NCBI GenBank assembly: GCA_963787125.1
Contig: CAWBBV010000011.1
Coordinates: forward strand, 1 to 64,000
Direction: 5' to 3'
From: an uncultured delta proteobacterium
GTDB taxonomy: Bacteria; Desulfobacterota; Desulfuromonadia; Geobacterales; DSM-12255
DNA length: 64,000 nt
The position numbers were made by a program, and so were the translations under genes. The notes below the pieces were generated by a model. That model saw nothing but the letters and a program-made list of their open reading frames with translations, did not search any database and had not been told where the DNA came from. Position 1 is the stretch's first letter, and the number at the start of each line of letters is the position of its first letter. Of this stretch, positions 36,920 to 48,355 are shown in pieces.

Positions 36920-38101
36920 TTATGTTCTGTAATCCGCGTTTATTTTGACATAATCGTAGGAAAGATCGCTCGTATAAACGGTTGCAGAGCCGCTCCCCAG
37001 ATGCAGATCAACCGTGACGGTGAACTCGGGTTTTTGCAGCACTAAAGTCCCTCTCGCCTCGGCATCGCCACCGGCAAAAAGCCCGTCCTTTACCATCTGT
37101 ACGTCATCAAAAAACAGCTCTGTCTTCAACTGTTCCACCTCTACGCCTGAGTAACCGACCGCCGCAAAGATTCTCCCCCAGTTGGCATCCTGACCGAAGA
37201 AAGCGGTCTTTACCAGGGAAGAGTTGGCAACCGCCATTGCCGCCTGCTTCGCCTGGGCAGGAGAAACAGCCCCCTTGACGGTGATGGTAACGAATTTGGT
37301 CGCCCCTTCGCCATCTTTCACGATCAGCTTGGCAAGGGAGAGCAAAAGGTCGTTCAAAAGAGCGGCGAATGCTTCGGCTGCAGCTGTTCCTGCAGCTATC
37401 GGCGCGTTTCCGGCCGCGCCATTTGCCATGATCAGCGAAGTATCATTGGTTGAAGTATCGCCATCAACAGTAATCGCGTTGAAAGAACTGTCGTTGGCGT
37501 TCCGGAAACAGTCCTTGAGGAATGCCGGTTCGACCGCAGCGTCAGTGACGATAAAGGCAAGCATGGTGGCCATGTTCGGCATGATCATCCCAGCACCCTT
37601 GGCTACCCCGGCAAGGGTATACGCCACGCCGTCGGCAACGCCTGTGCGGCTCTCCATTTTCGAAAAGGTATCGGTCGTCATGATGGCGGCAGCAATATCT
37701 CCAAGGCTGCTGTTGCCGCTTCTTGACACCAGCGCGGGAATCGCCAGGCTAAGCCGCTCCATCGGCAAAAACTGCCCGATGACACCGGTGGATGCAACCA
37801 GTACCGACTCCTCGGGGATCTGCAAACCGGCGGCAACCAATCTTGCAGTCTCAAGCGCGTCAGCCATCCCCTGAGCGCCGGTACAGGCATTGGCATTGCC
37901 GCTGTTGACAACCAGCGCCTGCACCCTGCCGCTTTTGACCCGCTCTTCATCCAGCAGTACCGGCGCCGCTTTGACCTTGTTGGTCGTAAAAACGGCCGCC
38001 ACATCAGCCGGCTTTTCGGAAAAGATCAATGCCAGATCAAGTCGGCCCGGCTTTTTTATCGCCGCTTCCACGGCTGCAAACTGAAAACCTTTTAGCTTCA
38101 T
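36920..38101 (-). CDS. argJ: Bifunctional ornithine acetyltransferase/N-acetylglutamate synthase
   Basis: NSGNANACTG, KGAGMIMPNMATML, DGDTSTND, DGEGATK, YVKINADYRT. Confidence 0.97.
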   Translation of the reverse strand: MKLKGFQFAAVEAAIKKPGRLDLALIFSEKPADVAAVFTTNKVKAAPVLLDEERVKSGRVQALVVNSGNANACTGAQGMADALETARLVAAGLQIPEESVLVASTGVIGQFLPMERLSLAIPALVSRSGNSSLGDIAAAIMTTDTFSKMESRTGVADGVAYTLAGVAKGAGMIMPNMATMLAFIVTDAAVEPAFLKDCFRNANDSSFNAITVDGDTSTNDTSLIMANGAAGNAPIAAGTAAAEAFAALLNDLLLSLAKLIVKDGEGATKFVTITVKGAVSPAQAKQAAMAVANSSLVKTAFFGQDANWGRIFAAVGYSGVEVEQLKTELFFDDVQMVKDGLFAGGDAEARGTLVLQKPEFTVTVDLHLGSGSATVYTSDLSYDYVKINADYRT

Positions 38102-38271
38102 AAATCCCTCATATTTTTTGGAGTTTATTCAATTTGGAACGTGACCGCAAGAGTTAATCATTGTGCAGCCGTTCCCGGAACGAAGTGATTCAATTTATAC
38201 CAAAGCCGTAAATGATGATGACATAAACACTGTTTTATGGCATTTTAGGCAAAATGTGAGGGCTTCAACCT

Positions 38272-38703
38272 ATGGGAACATATCGTTACAAGTCAATAGG
38301 GACAAGATCATCAGGGTTCACACTGATTGAGATCCTGGTAGCTTTAGTAATTATTGGTCTTCTCGCCGCCATATCACTCCCCATGTATAACACTTATCTG
38401 GACAAAGCAAAACTCACTGTTTCCATCCACACCCTACAGACTGTCGCAAGAGCCATGGAAGACTACTATACAGAGAACAACAGCTGTTATCCTCCCGCCC
38501 TTAACATCACCACAGGTGAAGACGGTAATGGCCATATTGTTTTGGATTCGTCGCTACTTGCCGACTTCAACAAAAACTTCGTCTCTCTGGAGAGCTATTC
38601 GGCGCCAACAACCGGCGACTACACCCTTACCGCCCGAGCACAGAACACTCTGCACACTCTTCTTACCCTTAAACCGGGACAGCCTATAACCCAGGGACCA
38701 TAG
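38272..38703 (+). CDS. Type IV pilin-like protein (PilE/PilA-like, class III signal peptide)
   Basis: SG|FTLIEILVALVIIGLLAAISLPMY with Glu5. Confidence 0.85.
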   Translation: MGTYRYKSIGTRSSGFTLIEILVALVIIGLLAAISLPMYNTYLDKAKLTVSIHTLQTVARAMEDYYTENNSCYPPALNITTGEDGNGHIVLDSSLLADFNKNFVSLESYSAPTTGDYTLTARAQNTLHTLLTLKPGQPITQGP

Positions 38704-38705
38704 CC

Positions 38706-39296
38706 ATGAGAAATTACAATCGCAGAAAGTTTTTTATCGACCGGAAGTTCCAGCTTAAATACATTCTTCTGGTCATCTTCATGCTGCTTCTCTACACGAT
38801 CGTTTTTGTCGGCATGCTCTTTATCCCCCAACTGCTGCCACTGATCTTCAATGCCCCGACAGACGAGCAGGCCAGAGCTGCCGAGATCCTTCTTCTGTAC
38901 CATAAAAATGTCTGGCCGGCAGTATTTGTTGTCATCCCGCTCTTCGGTTTTTTCAGCATCTTCTTTACCCATAAAATTGCCGGTCCTGTCTACAGGCTGA
39001 AAACCAAACTGGAGCAGATGACTGCCTGGGATCTTGACTCGAAAGTCACCTTGAGAAGTGGGGATGACCTGCAGGATCTGGCTGACTGCGTCAATCTTCT
39101 CTCTGATGAGCTGCAAATCTTTACTGCCGCACTAAAGGAGAATTATAAATCTCTTTCAGCTAACATCGACGAAATAGAAAAGCAGATTGAAGCCGGAACA
39201 TTGAATCGGGAAAGCGGCAAAGAAATTATTGTCAGCCTCAGCTTCAGCAGAAAGAGTATCGCCGAAACCCTTGCCCGTTTTCAAACTGTAGAGTAG
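38706..39296 (+). CDS. Two-TM membrane protein with HAMP-like domain and coiled coil
   Basis: 'RRKFFIDRKFQLKY', two TM segments, 'THKIAGPVYRLK..LRSGDDLQDLAD'. Confidence 0.75.
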   Translation: MRNYNRRKFFIDRKFQLKYILLVIFMLLLYTIVFVGMLFIPQLLPLIFNAPTDEQARAAEILLLYHKNVWPAVFVVIPLFGFFSIFFTHKIAGPVYRLKTKLEQMTAWDLDSKVTLRSGDDLQDLADCVNLLSDELQIFTAALKENYKSLSANIDEIEKQIEAGTLNRESGKEIIVSLSFSRKSIAETLARFQTVE

Positions 39297-39301
39297 GGTT
39301 T

Positions 39302-39338
39302 AAAAAAGCCCCTCTGACAACTCAGAGGGGCTTTTTTT
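39302..39338. terminator. Bidirectional intrinsic terminator between convergent genes
   Basis: aaaaaagcccctctga-caac-tcagaggggcttttttt. Confidence 0.9.
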
Positions 39339-39361
39339 ATCAGATTTAGCAATATCAGTCG

Positions 39362-42064
39362 TTACTGACCACAACACTTTTTATACTTCTTGCCGCTGCC
39401 ACAGGGACAGGGATCGTTACGACCGGCGCTCTTGGCGCTTTTAGACGGTTTTTGCGGTTCATCAGGAGTCGTGTTGAATGACAGCCGCTGCCGCTTCTTT
39501 TGCTGCTCCTCTTCCAGTTTCTCGACCTCCTCCTCGACGTCAGAGTCCCGTGAAAGCTGTACCCAGAAGATCTTCTCCACAACTTCGGCACGGATGCGCA
39601 GGATCAAAGCCATAAAGAGGTTGAACGCCTCTTTTTTGTACTCCTGCTTCGGATCCTTCTGGCCATAGCCACGCAGCCCTATCCCTTCTTTGAGGTGGTC
39701 AATCGCCAGGAGATGATCCTTCCACTGCTGGTCGATCGTCTGCAGCATGATCACCTTGATGAGATGATCCATCAGCTCATCCCCGAAATGATTGAGCTTG
39801 GTGTTGAAAAGCTCCGTAACCTGATCCTTCAGAACCTTCCTGAAGTTGTCGGGAGTAAGCCTGGCGATGGTCTGATCCGGGAAATCAATCTCAACAAGAA
39901 AGGTTTTGTGCAGCGTCTCGGCAATCCCTTCCCAGTCCCACTGATGCCCCGGAACTTTGTCTATGGCGTACTGGCTGACAATGTCGCCGATCGTTTCATC
40001 AAGCATCTCCGCGAAGCTGGCTCTGATCTCCTGCCCGGCAAGAATCTCCTTGCGTTGGGCGTAAATGACTTCACGCTGCTTGTTCATGACATCGTCATAA
40101 TCAATCAGGTGCTTTCTGATATCAAAGTTATGCGCCTCGACCTTTTTCTGGGCGTTTTCGATCGCCCTGGAGATCATCCCGTGGGTAATCGCCTCACCCT
40201 CCTCTATCTTGAGGATGTCCATAATTTTCGCTACCCGCTCGGAACCGAAAATCCTTAAGAGGTCGTCTTCCAGGGAAAGATAGAAGCTTGACGAGCCCGG
40301 GTCACCCTGACGACCGGAACGACCCCGCAACTGGTTATCTATCCGGCGGCTTTCGTGGCGCTCGGTTCCGAGGATATGGAGACCGCCGAGCGCAACAACT
40401 TCATCATGCTCCTTTGCACAGATCTCCTTGAATTTTGCCAGATGGGCAGCGTACTCTTCTTCGCCGGCATCAGGATTCTCCCTGCCCCACTGCTTTGCCA
40501 TGGCATCAGGATTGCCGCCGAGAACAATGTCCGTACCCCGGCCAGCCATATTAGTGGCAATGGTCACCATCCCCAGGCGCCCGGCCTGGGCAACGATTTC
40601 AGCCTCTTTTTCATGCTGTTTGGCGTTGAGAACACTGTGGGGAACGCCCTGTTTTTTCAGCAGTTCCGCGAGAACTTCCGACTTCTCGATGGAAATAGTA
40701 CCGACAAGGACCGGTTGCCCTTTGGCATGCAGTTCCTTGATCTCGTTGATAACTGCGGCAAATTTCTCCTTCTCGGTTTTATAGACGACATCAGGGGCAT
40801 CGGGTCGCAGTAGTGGCCTGTTGGGCGGAATGACCATGACTTCAAGGCTGTATATCTTGTGAAACTCCTCAGCCTCGGTATCAGCAGTACCGGTCATGCC
40901 CGAAAGCTTTGCGTACATCCGGAAATAGTTCTGGAAAGTGATGGTAGCAAGAGTCTGGTTTTCGTTCTCGATAACCACCCCCTCCTTCGCCTCGATCGCC
41001 TGATGCAGGCCGTCTGACCAGCGGCGTCCCGGCATGAGGCGGCCGGTAAACTCATCGACAATCATCACCTCGCCGTCTTTCACCACGTAATCCACATCAC
41101 GCTTGTACATGGCGTGAGCTCTGAGAGCCTGATTAACATGGTGCAGAAAGCTTATATTGCGCGGGTCATAAAGGTTGTCAATCTTCAGCAGCCTCTCCAC
41201 CTTCAGAACACCCTCTTCAGTCAGAGTCGCTGATTTGGCCTTTTCATCAATGGTAAAATCGCCGCTATACTGCTTGCGCTTGCCGGAAAGGGTATTTGCC
41301 TCCACTTCGATGGCTTCACCCAGTTTGAGCTGGGGGATAATGCGGTCGATGATGTAATACTTGTCGGTAGAATCTTCGGTAGGACCGGAGATGATCAACG
41401 GCGTACGTGCCTCATCAATCAGAATCGAGTCGACCTCATCGACAACCGCAAAGGCGAAGGGACGCTGGACGTAATCTTCAAGGGCGAATTTCATATTGTC
41501 GCGCAGATAATCAAAGCCGAATTCGTTGTTGGTCCCGTAGGTTATATCCGCCGCGTAGGCTTCCCGCCGCTCGTCGTCATCCAGGCCATGAACGATAACA
41601 CCGACCGTGAGCCCGAGAAATTTGTACAGTCGACCCATCCACTCGGAGTCACGTTTTGCCAGGTAATCGTTGACCGTGACGACATGCACCCCTTTACCGG
41701 TAAGACCGTTCAGATAGGCTGCCAGCGTTGCCACCAGGGTCTTGCCTTCACCGGTCTTCATCTCGGCAATCTTGCCGCTGTTCAGCACCATCCCGCCGAT
41801 CAGCTGCACGTCAAAGTGGCGCATCCTGAGAACCCGCTTGCCCCCTTCGCGGCAGACGGCAAAGGCTTCCGGCAGGATCGATTCAAGCGACTCACCGCGG
41901 TTGAACCTCTCCCTGAAAAGCTCGGTCTTGCCTCTCAGCTCATCATCAGAAAGAGCAGCCATCTGCGGCTCCATCCCGTTAATTTTCTCCACAATCGGCC
42001 ACATCCGCTTCAATTCACGATCATTTTTACTGCCGACGATCTTCTTTAAGAGTGCCCCAAACAT
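39362..42064 (-). CDS. secA: Preprotein translocase ATPase SecA
   Basis: [28 protein letters not shown]-terminal SEC-C motif [18 protein letters not shown]. Confidence 0.99.
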   Translation of the reverse strand: MFGALLKKIVGSKNDRELKRMWPIVEKINGMEPQMAALSDDELRGKTELFRERFNRGESLESILPEAFAVCREGGKRVLRMRHFDVQLIGGMVLNSGKIAEMKTGEGKTLVATLAAYLNGLTGKGVHVVTVNDYLAKRDSEWMGRLYKFLGLTVGVIVHGLDDDERREAYAADITYGTNNEFGFDYLRDNMKFALEDYVQRPFAFAVVDEVDSILIDEARTPLIISGPTEDSTDKYYIIDRIIPQLKLGEAIEVEANTLSGKRKQYSGDFTIDEKAKSATLTEEGVLKVERLLKIDNLYDPRNISFLHHVNQALRAHAMYKRDVDYVVKDGEVMIVDEFTGRLMPGRRWSDGLHQAIEAKEGVVIENENQTLATITFQNYFRMYAKLSGMTGTADTEAEEFHKIYSLEVMVIPPNRPLLRPDAPDVVYKTEKEKFAAVINEIKELHAKGQPVLVGTISIEKSEVLAELLKKQGVPHSVLNAKQHEKEAEIVAQAGRLGMVTIATNMAGRGTDIVLGGNPDAMAKQWGRENPDAGEEEYAAHLAKFKEICAKEHDEVVALGGLHILGTERHESRRIDNQLRGRSGRQGDPGSSSFYLSLEDDLLRIFGSERVAKIMDILKIEEGEAITHGMISRAIENAQKKVEAHNFDIRKHLIDYDDVMNKQREVIYAQRKEILAGQEIRASFAEMLDETIGDIVSQYAIDKVPGHQWDWEGIAETLHKTFLVEIDFPDQTIARLTPDNFRKVLKDQVTELFNTKLNHFGDELMDHLIKVIMLQTIDQQWKDHLLAIDHLKEGIGLRGYGQKDPKQEYKKEAFNLFMALILRIRAEVVEKIFWVQLSRDSDVEEEVEKLEEEQQKKRQRLSFNTTPDEPQKPSKSAKSAGRNDPCPCGSGKKYKKCCGQ

Positions 42065-42196
42065 TTAATAATTTCTCCTGGAGATGTAATTCCACTTAAG
42101 AATTGGAATAGCGATTTTAGAACAGTTATAAATACCATAAAGAGCAGCGCTTGCTCAATAGAAAACGATTTCAGCCGGGGCGCACGGCCGCCTTGA

Positions 42197-42237
42197 ATAA
42201 AAAGCCCTGCCTCCGGATCCGTGGGCAGGGCTTTATT
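42197..42237 (-). terminator. Intrinsic terminator after the c7 cytochrome gene
   Basis: aaagccctgcc..ggcagggcttt hairpin with a T tract. Confidence 0.75.
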
Positions 42238-42261
42238 GTTACTTAAAACCGGTGAAACTGA

Positions 42262-42534
42262 TCAGTCTTTGCTGCTGTTACCGTGACAGAGGCTGCAATG
42301 CCTGGTCGGCCCTGCCCCCTCTTTGGTGTGGCAGCCGATGCAGAGCTTGTGCGCCTTCTGCTTGTTGATGCCGAATGACCGGGGCGGCCCTTCATGGCAC
42401 TCTGTGCAGGGGTACATGCCCATATGTTTCGAATGATTGAAATCGATGTCGCCGTTGTACGCCTTGAATACCTTGGCCTCTGCTGTCGAGCAGATCAAAA
42501 GCGCCAGCAGTAGCGAGTAAATACCGTATTTCAT
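42262..42534 (-). CDS. Periplasmic triheme cytochrome c7 (PpcA family)
   Basis: Signal peptide, FNHSKH, and three CxxCH motifs (CTECH, CIGCH, CSLCH) with KAH and GPT. Confidence 0.9.
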   Translation of the reverse strand: MKYGIYSLLLALLICSTAEAKVFKAYNGDIDFNHSKHMGMYPCTECHEGPPRSFGINKQKAHKLCIGCHTKEGAGPTRHCSLCHGNSSKD

Positions 42535-42615
42535 TACCTTAAGCTCCGGATCGTTGTGATGATATGTCGTGTTATACGACAGCAGCTGATAATTCTCCAG
42601 AAAAAACTGGCTACT

Positions 42616-44964
42616 TTAACTTACCACTCCCAACTCAAGACTTGCCATCTTCAGATAGGAGATTATTTCTGCACTGCTTTCAAGCTGCAGAACGGCAGCG
42701 GCCAGACTGACTGCCGCCGTATGGGTGGTGCCGAGGATCGCCTGTTTAACCTTCGGGATGGACGGGGAGGACATGCTGAGGTCGGTGATGCCGAGACCTG
42801 CCAGCAGCAGCGCGTTGAGCGGGTCAGCGGCCATTTCGCCGCAAAGGGATACCGGGATACCGGCATCTTTTGCCGCGACGGCAACGGCTTTGATCGAGTG
42901 CAGCAGCGCCGGATGATAAGGGGTATAGTAACTCTTCACTTTCGGATTATTCCTGTCAGCTGCCAGAGTGTACTGAATCAGATCGTTTGTGCCGATACTG
43001 AAAAAATCGGCATTTTTTGCGAGGATCGCTGCGATCTGTACCGCCGCCGGGGTCTCGATCATGATGCCAAGGGGGATATTTTCGTTGAAAAGCGCCCCGG
43101 CGGCGCGAAGTTCAGTGACTGCTTCGGCAAAAACCTCTCTGGCCTGAAAAATCTCGTCAACTCCCGAAACCATCGGCAGCATGATTCTGGCATCTCTGCC
43201 CGCAGACGCCAGCATGATCGCTGCCAACTGTTCTCTGAAGATATCCCGGCACTCAAGTGAGATTCTGATCCCCCGCCACCCCATGAAAGGGTTGTCCTCC
43301 TGCGGATGGTCGAAGTAGGGGAGCCCCTTGTCGCCACCGATATCAAGGGTCCGGATGGTAACCTGCTTCCCGCTGAAGCCTTCCATGATTTTCGAGTAAA
43401 TAGCCGCCTGCTCAAGGCGGTTCGGAAACTGTTTTCTGGCCATGAACGGGAACTCTGTCCGGTAGAGTCCGACCCCCTCGGCACCGTTCATTACGGCAAT
43501 CCTGATATCACTGATCAGGCCGATGTTCGCTTTAAGGTTGATGCGGAGGCCGTCTTTGGTACTCGCCTTTAGATCGACGAGTTCATCCAGTTCGCGCCTT
43601 TTACTGCTGAAATCGCTTTTCAACCGTTCATACTCACCCCTTACATGGCTGTCAGGGTTAATGTAAATGTGACCACTGTTGCCGTCGATTATCAGCTCGT
43701 CGCTCAGGGAAAGCTCTCTGGCAAGCCCCTCTATGCCCACAACCGCAGGAATACCGAGTGATCTGGCAATGATGGCGGCATGGGAATTCAGATCACCCTT
43801 TTCGGTGACAATGCCGAGAATATTCTCGACCTCTATTTTAGCCAGATCCGAAGGGAGTATTTCAGTCGCGACCAGGATTCTCTTTTCATTAAACGGGATC
43901 TGCTCCCCTTCATGGCCGTCAAGAGAGTCCATGATCCGGCGACCGATGTCCTCCATGTCTGCAGAACGGCTCCGCAGATAAGGATCTTCCATCCGGTCAA
44001 AAGCATCCATGTAGAACTGCACGACTTCATGCACGGCTCTGGCGGCACCGTAGTTTTGCTCGATCAACTCATTAATCTTGGCGATAAAGCCGCGATCCTC
44101 CAGGATCATCAGATGGGTATGGAAGATGGAGGCGTCAGCGTCAGAGAGCCTCTCCGCCACCCGCTTCTCCATATAGAGCGTCTGGATGCGGGCTTTCTCG
44201 ATGGCAAGCTGAAGGCGGAGGCGCTCCTCTTCGGGAGAGAGCGGCACCTCCAGCATTGATGCCAGAAGCGGGTTGCGCCTGGTCAGGATGTAGATACTGC
44301 CGACGGCGAATCCGGGAGACACCCCTCTGCCGAGCCGGTCGACCGAATGGCGGCCTCTCTGGCCGGGGGGGAGATCGTCACCTGGCAACGGTTTGGCATG
44401 GATATTTTTAAGTTCATTCTCAAGGATGGCCCGCTCTTCATCTTTTTTGCGGATGGAGTCGAGCAGCCGGGCGTTCATGACAATGCTGGAAATCTGGTAA
44501 GCGATGGTGGAGAGAGTGCTGATCTCGGTTGCGGTGTAGCTGCGCGGCTCGCGGTGCTGGACAACAATTGCGCCGACCGGGCTTTTTCGCTCGAACATCG
44601 GAATACCGAGAAAGGAGTGGTAGCGTTCTTCCCGGGTTTCGGCAAAATATTTGTAACGCGGGTGTTCATGGGCATCTTCGAGGCTGACGACACTGCGCTG
44701 CTCAACCACCAGACCGGTCAACCCCTCGGAGATGTTCATGGTGATCTTGCCGACAGAAGAGAGAGACAGACCTTTGGTCGCCTGCAGCCTCAGAGTCTCG
44801 CCGTCATCATCGAGCAGATAGATGGAGCAGACATCCGACGCCATCCGTCTGGAGACAACATTGACGATGTTGTCAAGTGTCTCCTGCAGATCATGGGAGT
44901 GGAGAATCAGGGTACTTATGTCTTCAAGAGTGCGCAGTCCAAGGGATTCGGTTTTTTCAGGCAT
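42616..44964 (-). CDS. ptsP: GAF-containing phosphoenolpyruvate-protein phosphotransferase (EI-Ntr)
   Basis: N-terminal GAF; SHAAIIAR, GVGLYRTEF, RTLDIGGDK, FSIGTNDLIQY, CGEMA. Confidence 0.93.
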   Translation of the reverse strand: MPEKTESLGLRTLEDISTLILHSHDLQETLDNIVNVVSRRMASDVCSIYLLDDDGETLRLQATKGLSLSSVGKITMNISEGLTGLVVEQRSVVSLEDAHEHPRYKYFAETREERYHSFLGIPMFERKSPVGAIVVQHREPRSYTATEISTLSTIAYQISSIVMNARLLDSIRKKDEERAILENELKNIHAKPLPGDDLPPGQRGRHSVDRLGRGVSPGFAVGSIYILTRRNPLLASMLEVPLSPEEERLRLQLAIEKARIQTLYMEKRVAERLSDADASIFHTHLMILEDRGFIAKINELIEQNYGAARAVHEVVQFYMDAFDRMEDPYLRSRSADMEDIGRRIMDSLDGHEGEQIPFNEKRILVATEILPSDLAKIEVENILGIVTEKGDLNSHAAIIARSLGIPAVVGIEGLARELSLSDELIIDGNSGHIYINPDSHVRGEYERLKSDFSSKRRELDELVDLKASTKDGLRINLKANIGLISDIRIAVMNGAEGVGLYRTEFPFMARKQFPNRLEQAAIYSKIMEGFSGKQVTIRTLDIGGDKGLPYFDHPQEDNPFMGWRGIRISLECRDIFREQLAAIMLASAGRDARIMLPMVSGVDEIFQAREVFAEAVTELRAAGALFNENIPLGIMIETPAAVQIAAILAKNADFFSIGTNDLIQYTLAADRNNPKVKSYYTPYHPALLHSIKAVAVAAKDAGIPVSLCGEMAADPLNALLLAGLGITDLSMSSPSIPKVKQAILGTTHTAAVSLAAAVLQLESSAEIISYLKMASLELGVVS

Positions 44965-45137
44965 TATGACTCCTTTGGTACCAACTCCATTAAGCCCTTT
45001 GATTTCTCAAAGAGCATGGTTAGCCAGGATTATAGATGAATTCGAGTAGAAGTGAAGCGGCAAGAACGGAAATGAGGTGATAATGAGAATTTATCATGAT
45101 ATAAGTCGGTAACTTTTACAGGGCGCAAGGAGGATAT

Positions 45138-45941
45138 ATGAGCGGAAATTTTGAGGAAATTATCGAGAACGTCATTGCAGCAATAGAGTCGGGTGATTTC
45201 CAGAAAGCGGCAGATGGCGCAAAAAAATGCATCGCGCTTGAGCCTGAAAACCCCGAGGGACATTTCTTCCTCGGTGAAGCGCTGGCGTCTCTGGACAAGC
45301 AGCCGGAGGCAATAGCCGCCTATGAAGCCGGACTGAAACTGGCGCCGGAGGATACTGATGCACTCACCTGCCTGGGCGACATCTACTTCGAACAGGGACA
45401 GCACAAGGATGCGCTCAAGCTCTATGAAAAGATCATCAAGATAGATCCAAAAGATGCTGACGGTTACGTCAATATCGGCCTGGTTTATAACAGCATGGAA
45501 CGGGCGGAAGATGCCATCAAGGCGTACGAGAAAGCGCTCACGCTCGACCCTGACAATGTTTTTGCCTATAACGCCCTTGGCGATGCCTGGTATGGGCTTG
45601 GCAATCGGGACAAGGCGATCGAAGCATTCAACAAAGGGATTGCTGTAGATCCCCATGATGCCGCGGCGCACTTCAATCTGGGTGAGCTTTTCTACGATCT
45701 TGGCGAACATGATGATGCCGAACGGGAATGCCTGGAAGCGATCAGGCTTGACCCGGAGTTCACCCTTGCCTATCTGACCCTGGGGAGCCTCCATATGGAT
45801 CGGGAACATCTTGCCGATGCGCTGAAATATCTGAAGCTTTATATCAAACATGAAAAATCTCCCCAGGCACAGGAGATGATTGACGAGGTCAAGGCGGTTA
45901 TTGACGGGTTGAAAGAAGAGCTTGAGGGGAAGAAAAAGTAG
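45138..45941 (+). CDS. Tetratricopeptide repeat protein
   Basis: Multiple 34-aa TPR-like repeats (A..AYEKAL.LDP); AGGAGG RBS. Confidence 0.9.
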   Translation: MSGNFEEIIENVIAAIESGDFQKAADGAKKCIALEPENPEGHFFLGEALASLDKQPEAIAAYEAGLKLAPEDTDALTCLGDIYFEQGQHKDALKLYEKIIKIDPKDADGYVNIGLVYNSMERAEDAIKAYEKALTLDPDNVFAYNALGDAWYGLGNRDKAIEAFNKGIAVDPHDAAAHFNLGELFYDLGEHDDAERECLEAIRLDPEFTLAYLTLGSLHMDREHLADALKYLKLYIKHEKSPQAQEMIDEVKAVIDGLKEELEGKKK

Positions 45942-46087
45942 GTTAGTTGAGTTTTTGAGAAATGCCGCTAAAAAGGGTGCCCTGAAAAGGATGCCACTTT
46001 CTTTTTCATGGTGAGAAATTACGGATGAAATCAATAAGTTTGCAATGGCTCAGTTTTCGGGGGGAAGGTCAGTAAAGGAGTTTTCTC

Positions 46088-47035
46088 ATGATTGAAGTCG
46101 GCAATCCCGAAAATCCGCGAATTCTCATTGTTGATGACGAATGTGAAGTGCTGAATAGTCTTGCTGATCTGCTGCGCAAGGATTTTCACATATTTGCCAC
46201 TGCCGACGTCGAGGAGGCTCTTAGCCTGCTGGTTGCCGACAACACGTTCTCAATTGTTATCTCCGACCAGCGTATGCCGGAAATTACCGGGTCCGAACTG
46301 TTAACCAACGTCGCCAGAACTAATCCCAACACAATCCGCATTCTCCTTACAGCTTATTCTGATATTAACGCAGTAATCGAAGCCGTCAATAACGGCCATA
46401 TCGCTCAGTACATCAGCAAACCGTGGGATGCCGTCAAGCTGCTTGCCACCCTCAATTCCCTGCATCAGGTTAAGTGTTCGCAACTCGATGATGAGCGGCG
46501 CAAGTTTGAGATGGCCAGGTTGGAGGCGGCCAGCCTGGAAGCTGATCTTGAGCGTGACAAACTCGACAATATAGTATCCGCTATTGATGCCGATCTGCTG
46601 CTTCTTGACCAGGATCTTACCATCTTGTGGGTGAACCGGCGATTGAAGGAACGGCCACAGTTCAGTAAAGGTGAGATCATCGGCAAACTCTGCAACTTGA
46701 GTTACTGCAATGTTGAACAAGCCCCGGAGACCTGCCCCGCCCTGATCGCATTCAAAACCGGAGAACCGGTGCGCCAGGAGCATTCCATAACTCATCCCGA
46801 TGGCAGTATTCGATATTATAACTTCACCTGTTCACCTATAAAAAACAAGGATGGGGTTGTGGACAGGGTGCTTGAGCTGGTGCAGGATGTGACCGAATAC
46901 CATGCCATGGTGGAAGCCCTACAGGTAAAAAACAATACATTGGAAAGGCTCAACCGCCTGTTTGTAGACCGGGAGTTTCGGGTCAAGGAGCTGAAGGAGC
47001 GGGTGAAGGAGCTGGAAGAGAAGTTGCCAATATGA
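46088..47035 (+). CDS. Response regulator with REC and PAS domains, no output domain
   Basis: ILIVDDE, SDQRMP, KPW; Cys-containing PAS; C-terminal coiled coil. Confidence 0.85.
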   Translation: MIEVGNPENPRILIVDDECEVLNSLADLLRKDFHIFATADVEEALSLLVADNTFSIVISDQRMPEITGSELLTNVARTNPNTIRILLTAYSDINAVIEAVNNGHIAQYISKPWDAVKLLATLNSLHQVKCSQLDDERRKFEMARLEAASLEADLERDKLDNIVSAIDADLLLLDQDLTILWVNRRLKERPQFSKGEIIGKLCNLSYCNVEQAPETCPALIAFKTGEPVRQEHSITHPDGSIRYYNFTCSPIKNKDGVVDRVLELVQDVTEYHAMVEALQVKNNTLERLNRLFVDREFRVKELKERVKELEEKLPI

Positions 47036-48318
47036 GCATAAATTCATCAAAATTCAGGAAAACTGTCGATTCCCTGAGAGAGAGCAAACAGTACAACCGT
47101 TCATTGTTTAAACATTCTCCCATAGGACTGGCTCTCTGCCGGCTTAGTGGCGAGCTTGTCGATGTGAACCCGTCGTATGCCGCTATAATCGGCCGAGGCG
47201 TTGCGGAGACGCTCACAATGTCATATTGGGAGATCACTCCTGAAAAATATGCGGACCAGGAACAGCTCCAACTGGACAGTCTCATGACAACAGGTCGTTA
47301 CGGGCCGTATGAAAAAGAGTATATCCATGTGTCCGGCCGTCTTGTCCCTGTCAGACTGCAGGGGCAAATTATCGAGCAAAGCGGTGAAAAGTTTATCTGG
47401 TCGAGTGTTGAAGACATATCAGAACGCAAGCAGGCGGAGCTGGAACTTGGAAAATATCAGAAGCATCTCGAAGAGCTTATTAAAGAACGCACTGACGGCT
47501 TCAAGCAAAAGTCTATTGACCTGGAGCGCTCCCAGACCGCCATGTTGTATCTGCTTGAGGATGTAAACGATATCAATAAACAACTTAATCAGGCAAATGA
47601 GAAATTGAAAGAGGTTGACCGCCTTAAATCCATGTTCATTGCTAGCATGAGCCATGAACTGCGCACTCCGCTCAATTCGGTGATCGGCTTCTCCAGCATC
47701 CTGCTCAACGAGTGGCTGGGAGCACTGAACGATGAACAGAAGAAGAGTCTGACCTCCATCCTCCGCTCCGGCAAACACCTGCTATCGCTGATAAACGATG
47801 TCATTGACGTCTCGAAGATAGAGGCAGGTATGATCGAAGTAAGCCAGGAAGATTTTGAGCTGTCCGAACTGCTTGACGAGGTGGAACAGACCTTTGCAAA
47901 AGAGGCCCTGGATCGCAAGCTCACCTTAGCAGTGCAGCAGCTCAGCCTGCCAATGCATACAGACCGGCGTCGCCTGCTGCAGTGCCTACTCAACCTGGTC
48001 AGCAACGCCCTGAAGTTTACCGAAAAGGGCGGGGTTATTGTTGAGGTTTGGTACAATGAGAGTGAGAGAGAGCTGACAATTGCCGTGGCCGACACCGGCA
48101 TCGGCATCAAGACGGAAGATCAGCCCAAGCTCTTCCAGGCTTTCAGCAGAATCCAGTCACATTTAACGGCAACTGTTTGCGGCACCGGCTTGGGACTCTA
48201 TCTGTCCAGGAGAATAATTGTTGATATTTTGCAAGGAGAGATCAAAGTTACGAGCGAATCAGGTGTGGGAAGCATCTTCACCATAACCATTCCGGTGAGG
48301 GTAGAATCCGCCGGATAA
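47032..48318 (+). CDS. Cytoplasmic PAS histidine kinase
   Basis: PAS, SHELRTPLN, NLVSNALKFT, DTGIG, GTGLGL. Confidence 0.92.
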   Translation: MSINSSKFRKTVDSLRESKQYNRSLFKHSPIGLALCRLSGELVDVNPSYAAIIGRGVAETLTMSYWEITPEKYADQEQLQLDSLMTTGRYGPYEKEYIHVSGRLVPVRLQGQIIEQSGEKFIWSSVEDISERKQAELELGKYQKHLEELIKERTDGFKQKSIDLERSQTAMLYLLEDVNDINKQLNQANEKLKEVDRLKSMFIASMSHELRTPLNSVIGFSSILLNEWLGALNDEQKKSLTSILRSGKHLLSLINDVIDVSKIEAGMIEVSQEDFELSELLDEVEQTFAKEALDRKLTLAVQQLSLPMHTDRRRLLQCLLNLVSNALKFTEKGGVIVEVWYNESERELTIAVADTGIGIKTEDQPKLFQAFSRIQSHLTATVCGTGLGLYLSRRIIVDILQGEIKVTSESGVGSIFTITIPVRVESAG

Positions 48319-48355
48319 AAGATACGTCAGCAGCAATACATAACAGAGGTAAGCC

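Noticed and set aside
38135..38150. Possible sigma-54 site (tggaacgtgaccgcaa) upstream of the orphan pilin
   Set aside because: Spacing is GG-N9-GC rather than the required N10.
42535..42615. Second GEMM riboswitch upstream of the c7 cytochrome
   Set aside because: The intergenic region is short and has no aptamer motif.
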